A stretch of DNA of 64,000 nucleotides from Gemmatimonas sp. (GCA_031414535.1 JANNVQ010000054.1:118840-182839), one strand, 5' to 3'; counted from the stretch's first letter, positions 8,896 to 19,937 are shown. The notes: generated from the sequence alone by a model not told the origin. Numbers and translations are program-made.

Positions 8896-11409
8896 ATGCC
8901 TCTTTTAAACGCGCCCCTGCTTCCCGTTGATGAGGTGCTGCCTGCGCTGCAGGCTGCACTGGCGCAGCACGGTCACGCGGTGCTCGTGGCGGCGCCGGGG
9001 GCGGGCAAAACCACGCGCGTGCCTCTGGCACTGCTTGACGCGCCGTGGCGAGGGGACGGACGCATCCTCGTGTTGGAACCGCGTCGGTTAGCGGCACGCG
9101 CCGCCGCCGAACAGATGTCGAGGCTGCTTGGCGAAGCGGTGGGGCGCCAGGTGGGCTACCGCGTGCGCTTAGAATCGCGGGTGAGCGCGCAGACGCGCGT
9201 CGAGGTCATCACGGAGGGCATCTTCACGCGGATGGTGCAGGAAGATCCGTCGCTCGAAGGCGTGGCAGCCGTGCTCTTCGACGAATTCCACGAGCGGCAT
9301 CTGACGAGTGATTTGGGCTTGGCACTGGCGCTCGAGACGCGGCAGATACTGCGCGAGGATCTGCGCATCGTAGTGATGTCGGCGACGCTCGAGGCAGCGC
9401 CGGTGGCGCGATTGCTCAGCGCCGCGTCAGGAACGGAAGCGCCGACCATCGTCAGTGAGGGGCGCTCGTTTCCGGTGACCACCGAGCAGAGGCCAATGCG
9501 TGAGGGTATACCCTTTGCCCGCGCCGTGGCGCAGGCGGTACGCGCCGCTCGACGCGAGCACCCGGGGGACGTGCTGGTGTTTTTGCCAGGCATCGCGGAG
9601 TTGCAGCGGACGAAGACTGCGCTCGAGGAGGAACAACTCGACGCACGGGTAGAACTGTTGCACGGCTCGCTCACGCTTGAGGATCAGAACCGCGTGCTGC
9701 GGCCTCGCGAGACTGGTGCGCGAGTCATTTTGAGCACATCCATCGCGGAATCGTCGGTGACGCTCGATGGTGTGCGCGTCGTGGTAGACGCTGGGCTCGC
9801 GCGCGTGCCGCGCTACGACCCGCGCAGCGGGATGTCGAGGCTGGAGACGGTTCGCGTGTCGCAGGCCTCGGCAGATCAGCGGCGTGGACGCGCGGGACGG
9901 ACGGCGCCGGGACACTGCATTCGCCTCTGGGATGGAGCGCAGCACGCATCTCTGCCGGCGCGCAGTACGCCTGAGATGTTGGAAGCCGACCTCACCCCGC
10001 TCGCGCTCGAACTCGCGTGCGCAGGCGTGAGCGATGCATCCGCGCTGGCCTGGTTGGACCAGCCACCGCTGGGCGCACTCGCACAGGGTCGCGCACTGCT
10101 TCGCAACTTGGGCGCGCTCGATGCCGACGGGCGTGTAACCCCGCACGGTCGCGCGATGGCCGCGCTCGGTATCGCACCGCGATTAGCACATCTCGTGCTC
10201 ATTGGTGCTGCGCAGGAGATGGCGACGCTTTCCTGCGAAGTGGCCGCGCTACTCGCCGAGCGTGACATCTTTCGGCGTGAGGCATCGGAGCAGGATGCCG
10301 ATCTGCGCACCCGGGTGGACGCGCTGCGTGGACGCGAGCGCGCCGGTGCCGACGCAGGGCGTGCGCAGCGCGTGCGGCAGGAAGCACAGGCGCTCCGGCG
10401 CTCGCTCGCGAAAGCCAGCGACGCGGGGGAAGATTTGGACGCACTGGGAGAACTGGTCGCGCTCGCCTACCCGGACCGCGTGGCACAGCGGCGCAGCGGT
10501 GCCGCGCAACGATACCTGCTCCGCAACGGACGCGGCGCAAAGTTCGCGATGCAGCAGCCGCTTGGGCGTGCGCCTTTTCTCGCCATCGCGGACTTGGATG
10601 GCGACCCCGCCGAGAGTCGCATCTGGCTGGCCGCCGAACTGGATGAGGCCGCGCTACGGCGTGTAGCGGGACGTGCGGTCACTACGCGGCGTCAGGTGGA
10701 ATGGGATGACGCGGTAGAGCGCGTGCGCGCCTCCGAGGTGGAATCGCTGGGGGCCATCACTCTGCGTGAACGGCCTTTGCGAGACGTGCTACCCGAAGAT
10801 GTGTCCGCGGCCTTGCTGAGCGCGGTACGACGCCGCGGCATCGCGGCGCTCCCGTGGTCGGAGGCGGACGCGGCACTGCGCAAACGCCTGCAGTTTGCGC
10901 AACACCACATTGGCGATCCGTTTCCCGACGTCACCGATGCCGCATTGCTCGCACGCCTCGATCACTGGTTGGGCCCCTCGCTCGTGGCCGCGCGCAGATG
11001 GTCCGACCTCGCGCAGCTATCTCTCGGCGACGCGTTGCTCGCCGCGCTTCCGTGGGCGCAGCGTGAGCGTTTGGATCGTGTGGCTCCAACTCACATCGAG
11101 GTGCCTAGCGGTTCACGTATCCGCGTAGACTACGAAGATCCGTCGCAGCCGGTGCTCGCGGTGAAGCTGCAAGAATGCTTCGGGATGACTGAGACTCCTC
11201 GGCTCGCCGAAGGACGCGTGCCGGTGACCATGCATCTGCTCTCGCCGGCCGGGCGCCCCGTACAAGTGACCAAGGATCTCGCGAGCTTTTGGCGGGATGG
11301 ATACTTCGAGGTCCGCAAGGATCTGAAGGGCCGCTACCCTCGGCACCCCTGGCCCGATGACCCGCTCACAGCTCCCGCCACCCGACGCGCCAAGCCGCGC
11401 GGGACCTGA
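8896..11409 (+). CDS. hrpB: ATP-dependent helicase HrpB
   Basis: APGAGKTT, LEPRRLAAR, DEFHER, MSATL, QRRGRAGR, C-terminal LKGRYPRHPWP. Confidence 0.97.
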   Translation: MPLLNAPLLPVDEVLPALQAALAQHGHAVLVAAPGAGKTTRVPLALLDAPWRGDGRILVLEPRRLAARAAAEQMSRLLGEAVGRQVGYRVRLESRVSAQTRVEVITEGIFTRMVQEDPSLEGVAAVLFDEFHERHLTSDLGLALALETRQILREDLRIVVMSATLEAAPVARLLSAASGTEAPTIVSEGRSFPVTTEQRPMREGIPFARAVAQAVRAARREHPGDVLVFLPGIAELQRTKTALEEEQLDARVELLHGSLTLEDQNRVLRPRETGARVILSTSIAESSVTLDGVRVVVDAGLARVPRYDPRSGMSRLETVRVSQASADQRRGRAGRTAPGHCIRLWDGAQHASLPARSTPEMLEADLTPLALELACAGVSDASALAWLDQPPLGALAQGRALLRNLGALDADGRVTPHGRAMAALGIAPRLAHLVLIGAAQEMATLSCEVAALLAERDIFRREASEQDADLRTRVDALRGRERAGADAGRAQRVRQEAQALRRSLAKASDAGEDLDALGELVALAYPDRVAQRRSGAAQRYLLRNGRGAKFAMQQPLGRAPFLAIADLDGDPAESRIWLAAELDEAALRRVAGRAVTTRRQVEWDDAVERVRASEVESLGAITLRERPLRDVLPEDVSAALLSAVRRRGIAALPWSEADAALRKRLQFAQHHIGDPFPDVTDAALLARLDHWLGPSLVAARRWSDLAQLSLGDALLAALPWAQRERLDRVAPTHIEVPSGSRIRVDYEDPSQPVLAVKLQECFGMTETPRLAEGRVPVTMHLLSPAGRPVQVTKDLASFWRDGYFEVRKDLKGRYPRHPWPDDPLTAPATRRAKPRGT

Positions 11410-11427
11410 CGCGCCGCTCGTGCTCGG

Positions 11428-11976
11428 TCAGCGCAACCAGCTCGGCCGTTCGATTCGCTGCCAACTCGACTCTCCGTGCGAATAGCCAAGCCACAGGGTG
11501 TCGCCCGCGGCTGTGGGAAACGCGCGGACCAGCTGGTTGGCACCACCAAATCCAAAGCGATCTTTGCCGCCGTAGTTCGCCATCTGCTCGGCACTCAGTG
11601 CTGCGAGGTTGAACGGGGCAATTCCCTCAAGACCGTCGGTGTAGGCGTAAAGCGTACCGGCGCGCGTGGAGTCTTCGGCGTAGGTGGCAACGAAGAACTC
11701 GCCGCGTCCGTCGCCGTCAACATCGGCTGTGCCAATGAATCCCACAGTGCCCGTCCGCGTCTCGGTGAGCGCCTGGAGCGTGTCCGCCCCTCGCGTGAAG
11801 ACCAACGTGAAGGAACCTGAGGCGCAGGACTCACCGGGGGGAATCACCACTTCTGCCGCTAAGTCACGGTACGAGAGGATTCGCGTGCCGAAGCAGGAGG
11901 TATCGGCAGTCGGCACCGGGGATTCGGGCTTGCAGGCCAGAGTCAAGACGGCGAGTGCAGCGGCAATGTGGCGCAT
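11428..11976 (-). CDS. Lipoprotein, PliI-like (i-type lysozyme inhibitor-like)
   Basis: Lipobox LTLAC; ExCASGSF, ADVDGDGRGEF, YGGKDRF...LVRAFP. Confidence 0.5.
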   Translation of the reverse strand: MRHIAAALAVLTLACKPESPVPTADTSCFGTRILSYRDLAAEVVIPPGESCASGSFTLVFTRGADTLQALTETRTGTVGFIGTADVDGDGRGEFFVATYAEDSTRAGTLYAYTDGLEGIAPFNLAALSAEQMANYGGKDRFGFGGANQLVRAFPTAAGDTLWLGYSHGESSWQRIERPSWLR

Positions 11977-12074
11977 CGGGGCTTCTCCGAGTCGGAATGT
12001 CTTGGGTCGTGTACTAGAATATATGAAGGCCCGCTCGCCCCTGCCTCAGTTCGGGCTGTCCCCCACTCTCCTCG

Positions 12075-14282
12075 ATGCCTCTCGTCATTCTCCGCGCCCT
12101 CGTCCTTCTACTGCTCGCCGCCGTCCCCGCGGCAGCCCAGAACGTCGAGTGCACGCGGTTTCGGCCGCGCGTCGAGAAGCTGAATATCGTCGGCAACAAG
12201 TCCATCAAGGACTTTGACCTTCAGCAGATTCTCTACACGGAGCGGGCGGGCCGCTTGCGCCGCTGGTTTGGCTGGAATGTTGGCAGCACCGCCTGCCTCG
12301 ATACGCTCGAGCTTTCGCGCGATGAGCGTCGCATCGCTTCGTGGTACTCGATGCGCGGCTATCCGGGGACTGCGGCCACGGCAACGGTCGCACGCACGAG
12401 TTCGCGCACCGCCATCGTGAAGTTTGTGGTGCGGGAGACGGCACCCGTGGTGATTGACTCGCTACGGCTCGTGGGCATTCCTGCCGGTGTACTGGACCGG
12501 GCGCGACTTGTGCGCACTCTGCGAGGCGCGCCGCTGGATGACTCCGTGCTCGTGGCCGTGCTCGATTCCGTACAGCAAATTCTGCGCGCTGAGGGCTACG
12601 CGCGAGCGCGCCCGCCAAAGCGGCAAGTGCAAGTAGACAGCGCGGCACGACGCGCCCGCGTTACGATGACCTTCACTCCTGGGAATCCAATTCGCGTCGG
12701 CGCAATTGAAGTCGCCATGACTTCCAATGGCGGCGGAAGCCCCGCGTTGGACGAGCCGGACATCCGCAAACTCCTCCGCTTTGAGCAAGGGGACATCTAC
12801 AGCTCGCGTGCGGTGGCATCGAGTCAGCAGCTTCTCTACTCCTACGATCTCTATCGCACCGTTGCCATTGACACGCTGTCTGCGCAGTCTCGCGGCGACA
12901 CGCTCCCCGTGCGGGTGCGATTAGTTGAGGGCCGCCACAACTCGCTACGCGTTGGCGCGGGCTGGGGCACTATCGACTGCTTCCGCACGCGCTCTCGCTT
13001 CGTCGAGCAAAACCTGCTCGGCCGCGGGCATCGGTTGCAGATGGATCTGCGCCTGTCCAAGATCGGAGTCGGCGCACCGCTGAATGGATTCCCCGATCTC
13101 TGCGCGCCATCCGTGCGTGCCGACTCCTTTAGTCTCAAGCTCAACTACTACCTCGGGGCCACCGTCTCCTTGCGCGGTGTCATCGGCGACCGCTGGCACC
13201 CGGTGGGCACGCTGTACAGTGAGCGTCGCACGGAGTTCCAAAGCTATGTGCGCGAAACGAGCATCGGCGCCGTAGGCTCCTTCGACCGGCCCATCGTGCC
13301 GCGCGTGAACACCACCTTCACCTATCGCTTCGATGCGGGCCGCACCACGTCCGATGCCGCGGTGTCCTGCGGTACCTTTGGCCTCTGCCGATTCAACGAC
13401 CGGTTCCTACTCAACTCGCCGAGCGTGCTGCACGCTGCGGGCGCGACGTTCTCTCGCTCGGCGCCGTCGCTCACTGCGTTTGCCACGAATGACGAGCGGT
13501 GGGCCATCGAGTCGCGCATCGGCACCGTGCGCGTGGGTCGGCCAGGCACCCGCATCAACTTCAATCGGACGCAGTTAGAGTACGCGTTTTACCGGCCGCT
13601 CTCTCGCACTTTGATTGGCGCCGCACGTCTCTCGGCGGGGTTCATCGCCACTGCGCGCGACTTGGAAGGCCTCGTGCCTCCGCAGGAGCGTTTCTACTCC
13701 GGTGGGCAGAACTCGGTGCGCGGTTACAACCAAGGCCAGCTTGGCCCCACGGTGTACATCGTGCGCGCGCCCACCGACACCATCTCGGTCGGTGGCCAAA
13801 GTGTGGGCATTGCTGATCCCGCCCGAGGATTTGATCGCACCTCGCCCGCTGGTGGCACAGCGTCCGCCCTGCTCAACCTCGAATTGCGATCGCGCGTCGG
13901 CTGGCCCACGGATCTCCTGCGCTGGGTGATCTTCCTCGACGCGGGGCGCGTCTGGAACAACTCGGGTAATTACGCAGTGACCGGCTTGCGCGCCACGCCG
14001 GGAGTCGGCGTGCGCCTCGTGACGCCGCTCGGCCCGTTTCGAGTGGACATCGGCTACAACCCACATCAGCGCGAGGCCGGACCCGCGTTCTATCTGCAGC
14101 GCGCGACCTCCACTGTAGCCGGGCGAGCCATCTGCGTATCGCCGGGCAGCGTAGAACCATTGAATGATGCGGCTGCAGATGCACTGGGTCCCGTGGCCTG
14201 TCCGTCGTCCTTTCGCCCACCCGTGGCGCGCGGTTTGTTTCCCCGCCTGACCTTCCACTTCAGCATCGGCGAGGCCTTCTAG
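12075..14282 (+). CDS. tamA: Omp85 (TamA/BamA family) outer-membrane protein
   Basis: Signal peptide, POTRA-like repeats, RFYSGGQNSVRGY, TPLGPFRVDIGY, terminal FSIGEAF; adjacent to tamB. Confidence 0.85.
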   Translation: MPLVILRALVLLLLAAVPAAAQNVECTRFRPRVEKLNIVGNKSIKDFDLQQILYTERAGRLRRWFGWNVGSTACLDTLELSRDERRIASWYSMRGYPGTAATATVARTSSRTAIVKFVVRETAPVVIDSLRLVGIPAGVLDRARLVRTLRGAPLDDSVLVAVLDSVQQILRAEGYARARPPKRQVQVDSAARRARVTMTFTPGNPIRVGAIEVAMTSNGGGSPALDEPDIRKLLRFEQGDIYSSRAVASSQQLLYSYDLYRTVAIDTLSAQSRGDTLPVRVRLVEGRHNSLRVGAGWGTIDCFRTRSRFVEQNLLGRGHRLQMDLRLSKIGVGAPLNGFPDLCAPSVRADSFSLKLNYYLGATVSLRGVIGDRWHPVGTLYSERRTEFQSYVRETSIGAVGSFDRPIVPRVNTTFTYRFDAGRTTSDAAVSCGTFGLCRFNDRFLLNSPSVLHAAGATFSRSAPSLTAFATNDERWAIESRIGTVRVGRPGTRINFNRTQLEYAFYRPLSRTLIGAARLSAGFIATARDLEGLVPPQERFYSGGQNSVRGYNQGQLGPTVYIVRAPTDTISVGGQSVGIADPARGFDRTSPAGGTASALLNLELRSRVGWPTDLLRWVIFLDAGRVWNNSGNYAVTGLRATPGVGVRLVTPLGPFRVDIGYNPHQREAGPAFYLQRATSTVAGRAICVSPGSVEPLNDAAADALGPVACPSSFRPPVARGLFPRLTFHFSIGEAF

Positions 14283-17200
14283 GTGAGAGCGCGCCTGCGC
14301 CGCTTGCTCAAACTCACGCTCGTGATGAGCGTGGTGTCTGTGCTTGCCGCGGCCGCCGCCCTCACGGTCGCCCTCAAGACCGACTGGGGACGCGAGTTCA
14401 CGACGCGTCGCGTCATCTCCTTGCTGACGGACCAACTGGCCCCCGGTGCGCAGTTGGGGATTCACGGGCTCATCCTCACGCCCATCGGCTCGGTGCAACT
14501 GGACTCATTGGTCCTCCGCGACTCCGCAGGCGTGCCACTCGGCACCGTGCGCGGCCTCCGGCTCGGCGTGAACATCAGGGCCGCGTTCGCTCGCGAGTTG
14601 CATCTCAGGTCTGTAGTGATTGAGCAACTCGACTTGAACCTCGTGCAGAATGCTGGCGGACGCTGGAACTATGCATCCATCACTCGTAGGGCGGATTCCA
14701 CCATGCGCCGCGACGCACCGCGCGCCGCAAGGCCCTGGCGAATTCGCATTGATACGCTGTCGTGGCTCGATGGCAGCATCGCGCTGACTCGGCCAGAGAG
14801 CCTCCCGACGCTGCCGCCGCGACAGGATGTCGCGACCGAAATAAAGCTTGAATTGGGCCCCAGCAACATCAACACCGGCGGCCCCAAGGGTAGCATCGTG
14901 GTGGCGCGAGCGCAGGGAACCATCGTCGTAACGGATGCGGGCAATAACATCGGTGCGCCCGCATCGGGCCGGCAATCGCTGCGACTCAGCGCAGAGCGCG
15001 GAACCGTGACGCTAGACAACAGCACGGCCGTGCTCGCCTTCCCTGCCTTGCATGCGGGAGCATCTCTCGTCTCGCTCGATGGCAGCGTCAACTGGTCCGA
15101 CGAGACGCGAGACGCGCGGCTTGCGCTTGACCTTGGCGCCACGGAGATCACTCTCGCGGATGTCGCGTGGTTTAACCCGCTCATTCCCCGAGATGGCCGC
15201 GCCACCGCGCGCTTGCGTATCGAGAATGGGAAGAGCGACGGCAACTACCGCGCTACGGTAGAGCGCTTCGTGGTTGAGGCCACGGGATCCCGTGTGCAGG
15301 GCCAGCTCGTCGCCGAGTTTGGGGATACGCTTGCGGTACGCGATCTCGATGTCACAGCGGCGCCGCTGGACTTCCAATTGATTCGAGAAATCTTCGGAGC
15401 AGACAAGCCACCAGCCCCTTGGGATGGCACCGTTGCCGGACGACTCCGTGGGCCTGGGGGACCGCTCCGCGCATTTCGCGTGGACGAATCCACCTTGGAG
15501 TTCACCGATCGTCGTATCGGTAGCGCCGTGTCACGGCTCACCATCAGTGGCGAGCTCGACCTCCAAGCGGAGCAGGCGGTGTTTAAGCCACTGACCGTGC
15601 GCATTGACTCGTTGGATGTTCGCACCGTAGGCGCGGTCACCGATGTCGCCGACAGCCTCTCGGGTTACCTCCGCGGCGCCGTCGTGCTAAACGGGCCCAT
15701 CAATAACGTGCGCTTCCGCGACCTCGACCTTCTGCACATTGACGGAAATCTTCCGCGTTCACACGTGCGCGGCGCCGGACGCATCGCTGAGGACACGGCC
15801 AGCACCTGGCTTGAAGCCGCGTTGGTGTTTGACACACTCGGGCTTGCCGCGCTTGGTCCCGCAATTGTTGACGAGCCTTTGCGCGGCACGCTCTCGGGAA
15901 CGTTGACCACCGCCGTTCGTGGCGACTCAGTATGGCTCGATCTCGCACTCAGCGGCGAGGGCGCGACGATGCAGTTCCTGGGTTCCACGTCGATGGACAC
16001 CGCGCGCCTCGTGGCCAATGGTGTGCTCACGCTCGGGACCTTGGACGCCGGGCGCCTCTTGCCCGCGCGCACCCTGCCCTCGCACTCGGTGACTGGCGTC
16101 GTGAACTTGGGGCTCGACGGCCCCTTCGAGGAGCCCACCGGACCCTTCGCCTTCCAACTCGACACCGCCTCGCGCTTCTTGGACCTTCCTGTGCGCAGCG
16201 CAGCCGGCGCGATGTACTTGGAGCCGGGCGGTCTCCGCGTGGATTCACTCCTGTTCGCGATGGACGCGGGCCGAGTCTCGGCGGAGGGGCATCTGTCCCG
16301 GGATCCCGCAGTGCGGGATACCCTGCGTTTCTTAGCCACGCTCGACTCCCTCCACACGCTCGCGCCCTTGCTCGGCGATTCGCTGGCCACGCTCTGGGGC
16401 GACTCCATCAGCGGCACTCTCCGCGTGGAAGGCATCGCAGTGGGTTCGCTCGATACCGTGGACCTTCGAGCCATCCTTGAGGGCGATTCCTTACGCCTCG
16501 CGAGCATCAGCATCGCGTCCATGTCGGGCGAGGTACTGCTCGATGGCATGCCGAGCGCAACACAAGGCATCGCGTCCTTCGCAGTATCCAATGCGCGAGT
16601 TGGGGAAGCAGTCGTACATGGATTGAGCGTGGAAGCCAATCTGCGAGAGGCCAAGTGGGTGGACGCCGCGTTCCGCGTCATTGTGCAAGACACCCTCTAC
16701 GTCCAAGGCCGAGCCGACATCCATTTGATGGGAGACAGTCTTGAAATCGCGCTCGACTCTCTGACGGCGAAGACGCGCGAAGCCGACTGGCGACTCGCCC
16801 GTCCTACGGGGATGTTCCGTGGTCCCGATCGCTTCGTCGTAGACTCCTTGCTCCTCCTGAGCCAAGACGGCGCGCGCTTTGCGCTCTCGGCGCGTCTCGA
16901 TTCGGCGGGTCCCCTCTCGGTGGTCGCACAAGCCGTCCGTGTCCCGCTCTCTCATGCGCGCTTCACAGGCTACATGCCGCCGCGCGTGGACGGATTGATT
17001 TCTCTGGACGCGACGCTTGCCGGCACCTTCGCGTCGCCACTGCTCGACCTCACGATGCGGCTCGACTCCACGCTCGTGGACGCGAGGGCCGCACCGGAAC
17101 TTGAAGCGACTGCCCACTACGCAAACCTCAGGGCGGATGTCACCATCAATGGCCGCGTGCTCCAGCGTGACGGATTCTCTATTGTCGCCGAACTGCCGCT

Positions 17201-18662
17201 CGACCTGGCGCTCGAAGCGCGCTCGCTGAATGAGCGACTGCTACAGAGCGACGTGTACCTACGACTGACGGCCAATGGGACGCCACTCGCAGGTTTCGAG
17301 GCTTTAATGCCCGAAGTGCGCGACCTCAGCGGAGTCCTCGAAGCCGACGTGCAGATTACGGGGACTTGGCGTGACCTCGAGCCGCGTGGCATCTTGCTGG
17401 TGCGCGACGGGGCATTCACGGTTCCGGCGCTTGGTACTGGCTTCCGCGAGCTACTCGTCGACGTCTCGTTGACGCCGGACTCGGTCATCATCCAGCGCGC
17501 GCGCTTGGCCGGTGAACGGTCCCTCAACGACACGGCGTCCATCGAGGGCGTTATCTACCACACGAGCAGCGGTTGGCGCACCGACATCCAGAGCGTTGCG
17601 CGCAGCCTTCGCGTGATTGACGATCCCCGCGTTGCGGAAGCGGACCTGTCTTGGGTACTGCGCTTGCGCGGACCGCTCGATACGCTCACGCTCGGTGGGG
17701 ACGTCACCGTACCGCGGGCAAACCTCTTCATCGGGCGGCAGCGAAGGCAGGCGCTCGCGCTCGCTGAGGATTCGCTGACGAACGAGGGCGCATCGAAGTA
17801 CGCGCCCCGGCTCGAGGGCATTCGACTGCGCTTGGGCAATGAGGTGCGCCTGCGCTCAACGGAAGCCAATGTGCAACTCACGGGCGAGGTCGCGGCAGCC
17901 GGGACACTCGACGAGCCCGATGTTCGCGGCGAGATCTTCGCCGGGCGTGGTTCCTTCCGCCTGGACCTTGGCTTGCTGCAGCGCACCTTCCAAGTAGACT
18001 CGGGGCTGGTGCGCTTGAACGGGCCGCTGAGCATCTCGCCCACGCTCGACATCCACACCTCGTACACCGTGCGGCAGGCGGAACGTGAGGATGTGAAAAT
18101 CGGCGCCCGACTCACGGGCCCGGTGGACGCACCACGATTGGTGCTCTCGTCCGGTGATCTTGGCAGCACGGCCAGCGAGACCGAGATTATCTCGTACTTG
18201 CTCTTCGGCGCACCGAGCTTCGCACTCGATGGCCAGAGCGCGTCGGCGGTACGACTTGCCACGGCGGCCCTCGTGCCTTCGCTCGGAGGCGCGGCGGAAC
18301 GTGCCTTGGGCGCGCGCCTGCCCTTCCTCAGCGAGCTGCAGGTGGTGACCGTCGCCGGTGATTCACCGCGTGACTTCACGCTCAACTCCTTTGAAGGATT
18401 GCTCAACTCCTTCGCGCTCACCGCTGGCACGCAGATTGGTACGGATTCCTACCTGCGCCTGTCTGGCGGCGTGTGCCGCGGCGACAACCGCGCGGCCCAA
18501 TCACTGCCGGCGTGGTTCGGAATCTCGGGTGAGTATCGGCCGCGTGAACGACTGTCCGCGGAGGTCTCGCTGACGCCAGGTTCTTCGCCATGCAATCGCA
18601 TTGGCACATTCACGCAGATCTACCAGCTGGGCTTTGACCTGTACAAAGATTGGCGCTGGTAG
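14283..18662 (+). CDS. tamB: Translocation and assembly module TamB-like protein
   Basis: N-terminal TM anchor, long beta-taco-like region, DUF490-like C-terminus (LTGPVDAPRLVLSS..EIISYLLFG). Confidence 0.85.
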   Translation: MRARLRRLLKLTLVMSVVSVLAAAAALTVALKTDWGREFTTRRVISLLTDQLAPGAQLGIHGLILTPIGSVQLDSLVLRDSAGVPLGTVRGLRLGVNIRAAFARELHLRSVVIEQLDLNLVQNAGGRWNYASITRRADSTMRRDAPRAARPWRIRIDTLSWLDGSIALTRPESLPTLPPRQDVATEIKLELGPSNINTGGPKGSIVVARAQGTIVVTDAGNNIGAPASGRQSLRLSAERGTVTLDNSTAVLAFPALHAGASLVSLDGSVNWSDETRDARLALDLGATEITLADVAWFNPLIPRDGRATARLRIENGKSDGNYRATVERFVVEATGSRVQGQLVAEFGDTLAVRDLDVTAAPLDFQLIREIFGADKPPAPWDGTVAGRLRGPGGPLRAFRVDESTLEFTDRRIGSAVSRLTISGELDLQAEQAVFKPLTVRIDSLDVRTVGAVTDVADSLSGYLRGAVVLNGPINNVRFRDLDLLHIDGNLPRSHVRGAGRIAEDTASTWLEAALVFDTLGLAALGPAIVDEPLRGTLSGTLTTAVRGDSVWLDLALSGEGATMQFLGSTSMDTARLVANGVLTLGTLDAGRLLPARTLPSHSVTGVVNLGLDGPFEEPTGPFAFQLDTASRFLDLPVRSAAGAMYLEPGGLRVDSLLFAMDAGRVSAEGHLSRDPAVRDTLRFLATLDSLHTLAPLLGDSLATLWGDSISGTLRVEGIAVGSLDTVDLRAILEGDSLRLASISIASMSGEVLLDGMPSATQGIASFAVSNARVGEAVVHGLSVEANLREAKWVDAAFRVIVQDTLYVQGRADIHLMGDSLEIALDSLTAKTREADWRLARPTGMFRGPDRFVVDSLLLLSQDGARFALSARLDSAGPLSVVAQAVRVPLSHARFTGYMPPRVDGLISLDATLAGTFASPLLDLTMRLDSTLVDARAAPELEATAHYANLRADVTINGRVLQRDGFSIVAELPLDLALEARSLNERLLQSDVYLRLTANGTPLAGFEALMPEVRDLSGVLEADVQITGTWRDLEPRGILLVRDGAFTVPALGTGFRELLVDVSLTPDSVIIQRARLAGERSLNDTASIEGVIYHTSSGWRTDIQSVARSLRVIDDPRVAEADLSWVLRLRGPLDTLTLGGDVTVPRANLFIGRQRRQALALAEDSLTNEGASKYAPRLEGIRLRLGNEVRLRSTEANVQLTGEVAAAGTLDEPDVRGEIFAGRGSFRLDLGLLQRTFQVDSGLVRLNGPLSISPTLDIHTSYTVRQAEREDVKIGARLTGPVDAPRLVLSSGDLGSTASETEIISYLLFGAPSFALDGQSASAVRLATAALVPSLGGAAERALGARLPFLSELQVVTVAGDSPRDFTLNSFEGLLNSFALTAGTQIGTDSYLRLSGGVCRGDNRAAQSLPAWFGISGEYRPRERLSAEVSLTPGSSPCNRIGTFTQIYQLGFDLYKDWRW

Positions 18663-18683
18663 GAGCATCGCGCCGCGCGAAGC

Positions 18684-19127
18684 CTAGACTCCAAACTGCC
18701 GCAGATGATGGTCCGTGTGTTTGTACAGCAACACGCCCCAGTCCCCGTGCGACATCTCGCCAAAGATTGGATGATCGCCCACGGGCGCACTCGCGGCTGG
18801 CTGCTCGCTTGCAAGAATGAGAGCGCGAAGTGCCGCAACGTCAGCATCCCAGGTGCTAGGCTTTCGCGCGAGCAACTCCTTGGCCGTCGGTGCACCCTTG
18901 GGAAACGGCAGGACGTGGAGCATCAACCACTTCACCAGCGGCCGCAACGGCATCTTGCGCCGACGAATGGCGAGTTCTCCGCCCGGCATCCGATACGCCT
19001 CAATCAAATGCGTGACCATCTGCGGGGCGCGCATCTTCCCCCAGTGAGGCTGCCGATCATGGGGCAGGACGGCGAGACGGCTGGCAAGGGATTCGCGCCA
19101 AGCGCGGTCGTAAATGGAAGCGGCCAT
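18684..19127 (-). CDS. DinB-like / DUF1569 family protein
   Basis: WGKMRAPQMVTHL, HPIFGEM, HTDHHLRQFGV. Confidence 0.85.
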   Translation of the reverse strand: MAASIYDRAWRESLASRLAVLPHDRQPHWGKMRAPQMVTHLIEAYRMPGGELAIRRRKMPLRPLVKWLMLHVLPFPKGAPTAKELLARKPSTWDADVAALRALILASEQPAASAPVGDHPIFGEMSHGDWGVLLYKHTDHHLRQFGV

Positions 19128-19211
19128 ACGGTAGAACTACTGCCTCCTGAGCCACCCCGCCAGCGCCGGACTGCGCTATTTTTTCTCGGTCACTCCCACC
19201 TTCCCGAGACT

Positions 19212-19937
19212 ATGTCCCGACTGCCCCACCTCGTCCCCGCCCTGCTCGCATTCTTCGCCACCCCACTACTGGCGCAGGAGCCCACGCCGGTGGTCACAAA
19301 AATCACTGCCGACCTTGGCTACGTGCAGGCCAGCGGCAACAGCGAGGTCACCACGACGAGCTTCAACCAAAAGCTCACGCAACAGCGCGGCAAGCTCGGC
19401 TTGGAGCAAACGTTCAACTTCGTGTACGGCGAACAGGACGGTGCGGTGAACACCAACTTCCTTCGCGTCGCCGTGCGCGCCGATTTCAAACTCGGCGGTC
19501 GCCTCTCGACGTTCGCGACCCTGGCGTACGACCGCAACATCTTTGCGGGTATCCAGCGGCGCTTTGAAGAGAACCTTGGTCTTGCGTATCAAGCGATTGA
19601 CGCGCCACACGACACGCTCCGCTTTGAAGCCGGCTTCTCCGTCACGCAGCAAACGGCACTGGATGGCACGAGCAACGACTTCCCTGCTGGCCGCGCAGCA
19701 GTGGCATACAAGCACGCATTCTCTCCGACGACCTACTTTGTGCAGGCCGCTGAGTTCATTCCGAATTTCCAGGAACACAATGACTACCGCGTGAACACGG
19801 AGTCGGCAATCGTGGCACCGGTGTCGGCACGAGTGAATCTGAAGGTGGCGTACCTGATTCGCTACGACAACCTGCCCGAGCCGACGTTCAAGACGACGGA
19901 CCGCGTGTTCACGACCGGCATTCAGATCACCTTCTGA
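19212..19937 (+). CDS. DUF481 family outer-membrane beta-barrel protein
   Basis: Signal peptide, LGYVQASGNS, alternating beta pattern, YDNLP, terminal F. Confidence 0.8.
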   Translation: MSRLPHLVPALLAFFATPLLAQEPTPVVTKITADLGYVQASGNSEVTTTSFNQKLTQQRGKLGLEQTFNFVYGEQDGAVNTNFLRVAVRADFKLGGRLSTFATLAYDRNIFAGIQRRFEENLGLAYQAIDAPHDTLRFEAGFSVTQQTALDGTSNDFPAGRAAVAYKHAFSPTTYFVQAAEFIPNFQEHNDYRVNTESAIVAPVSARVNLKVAYLIRYDNLPEPTFKTTDRVFTTGIQITF

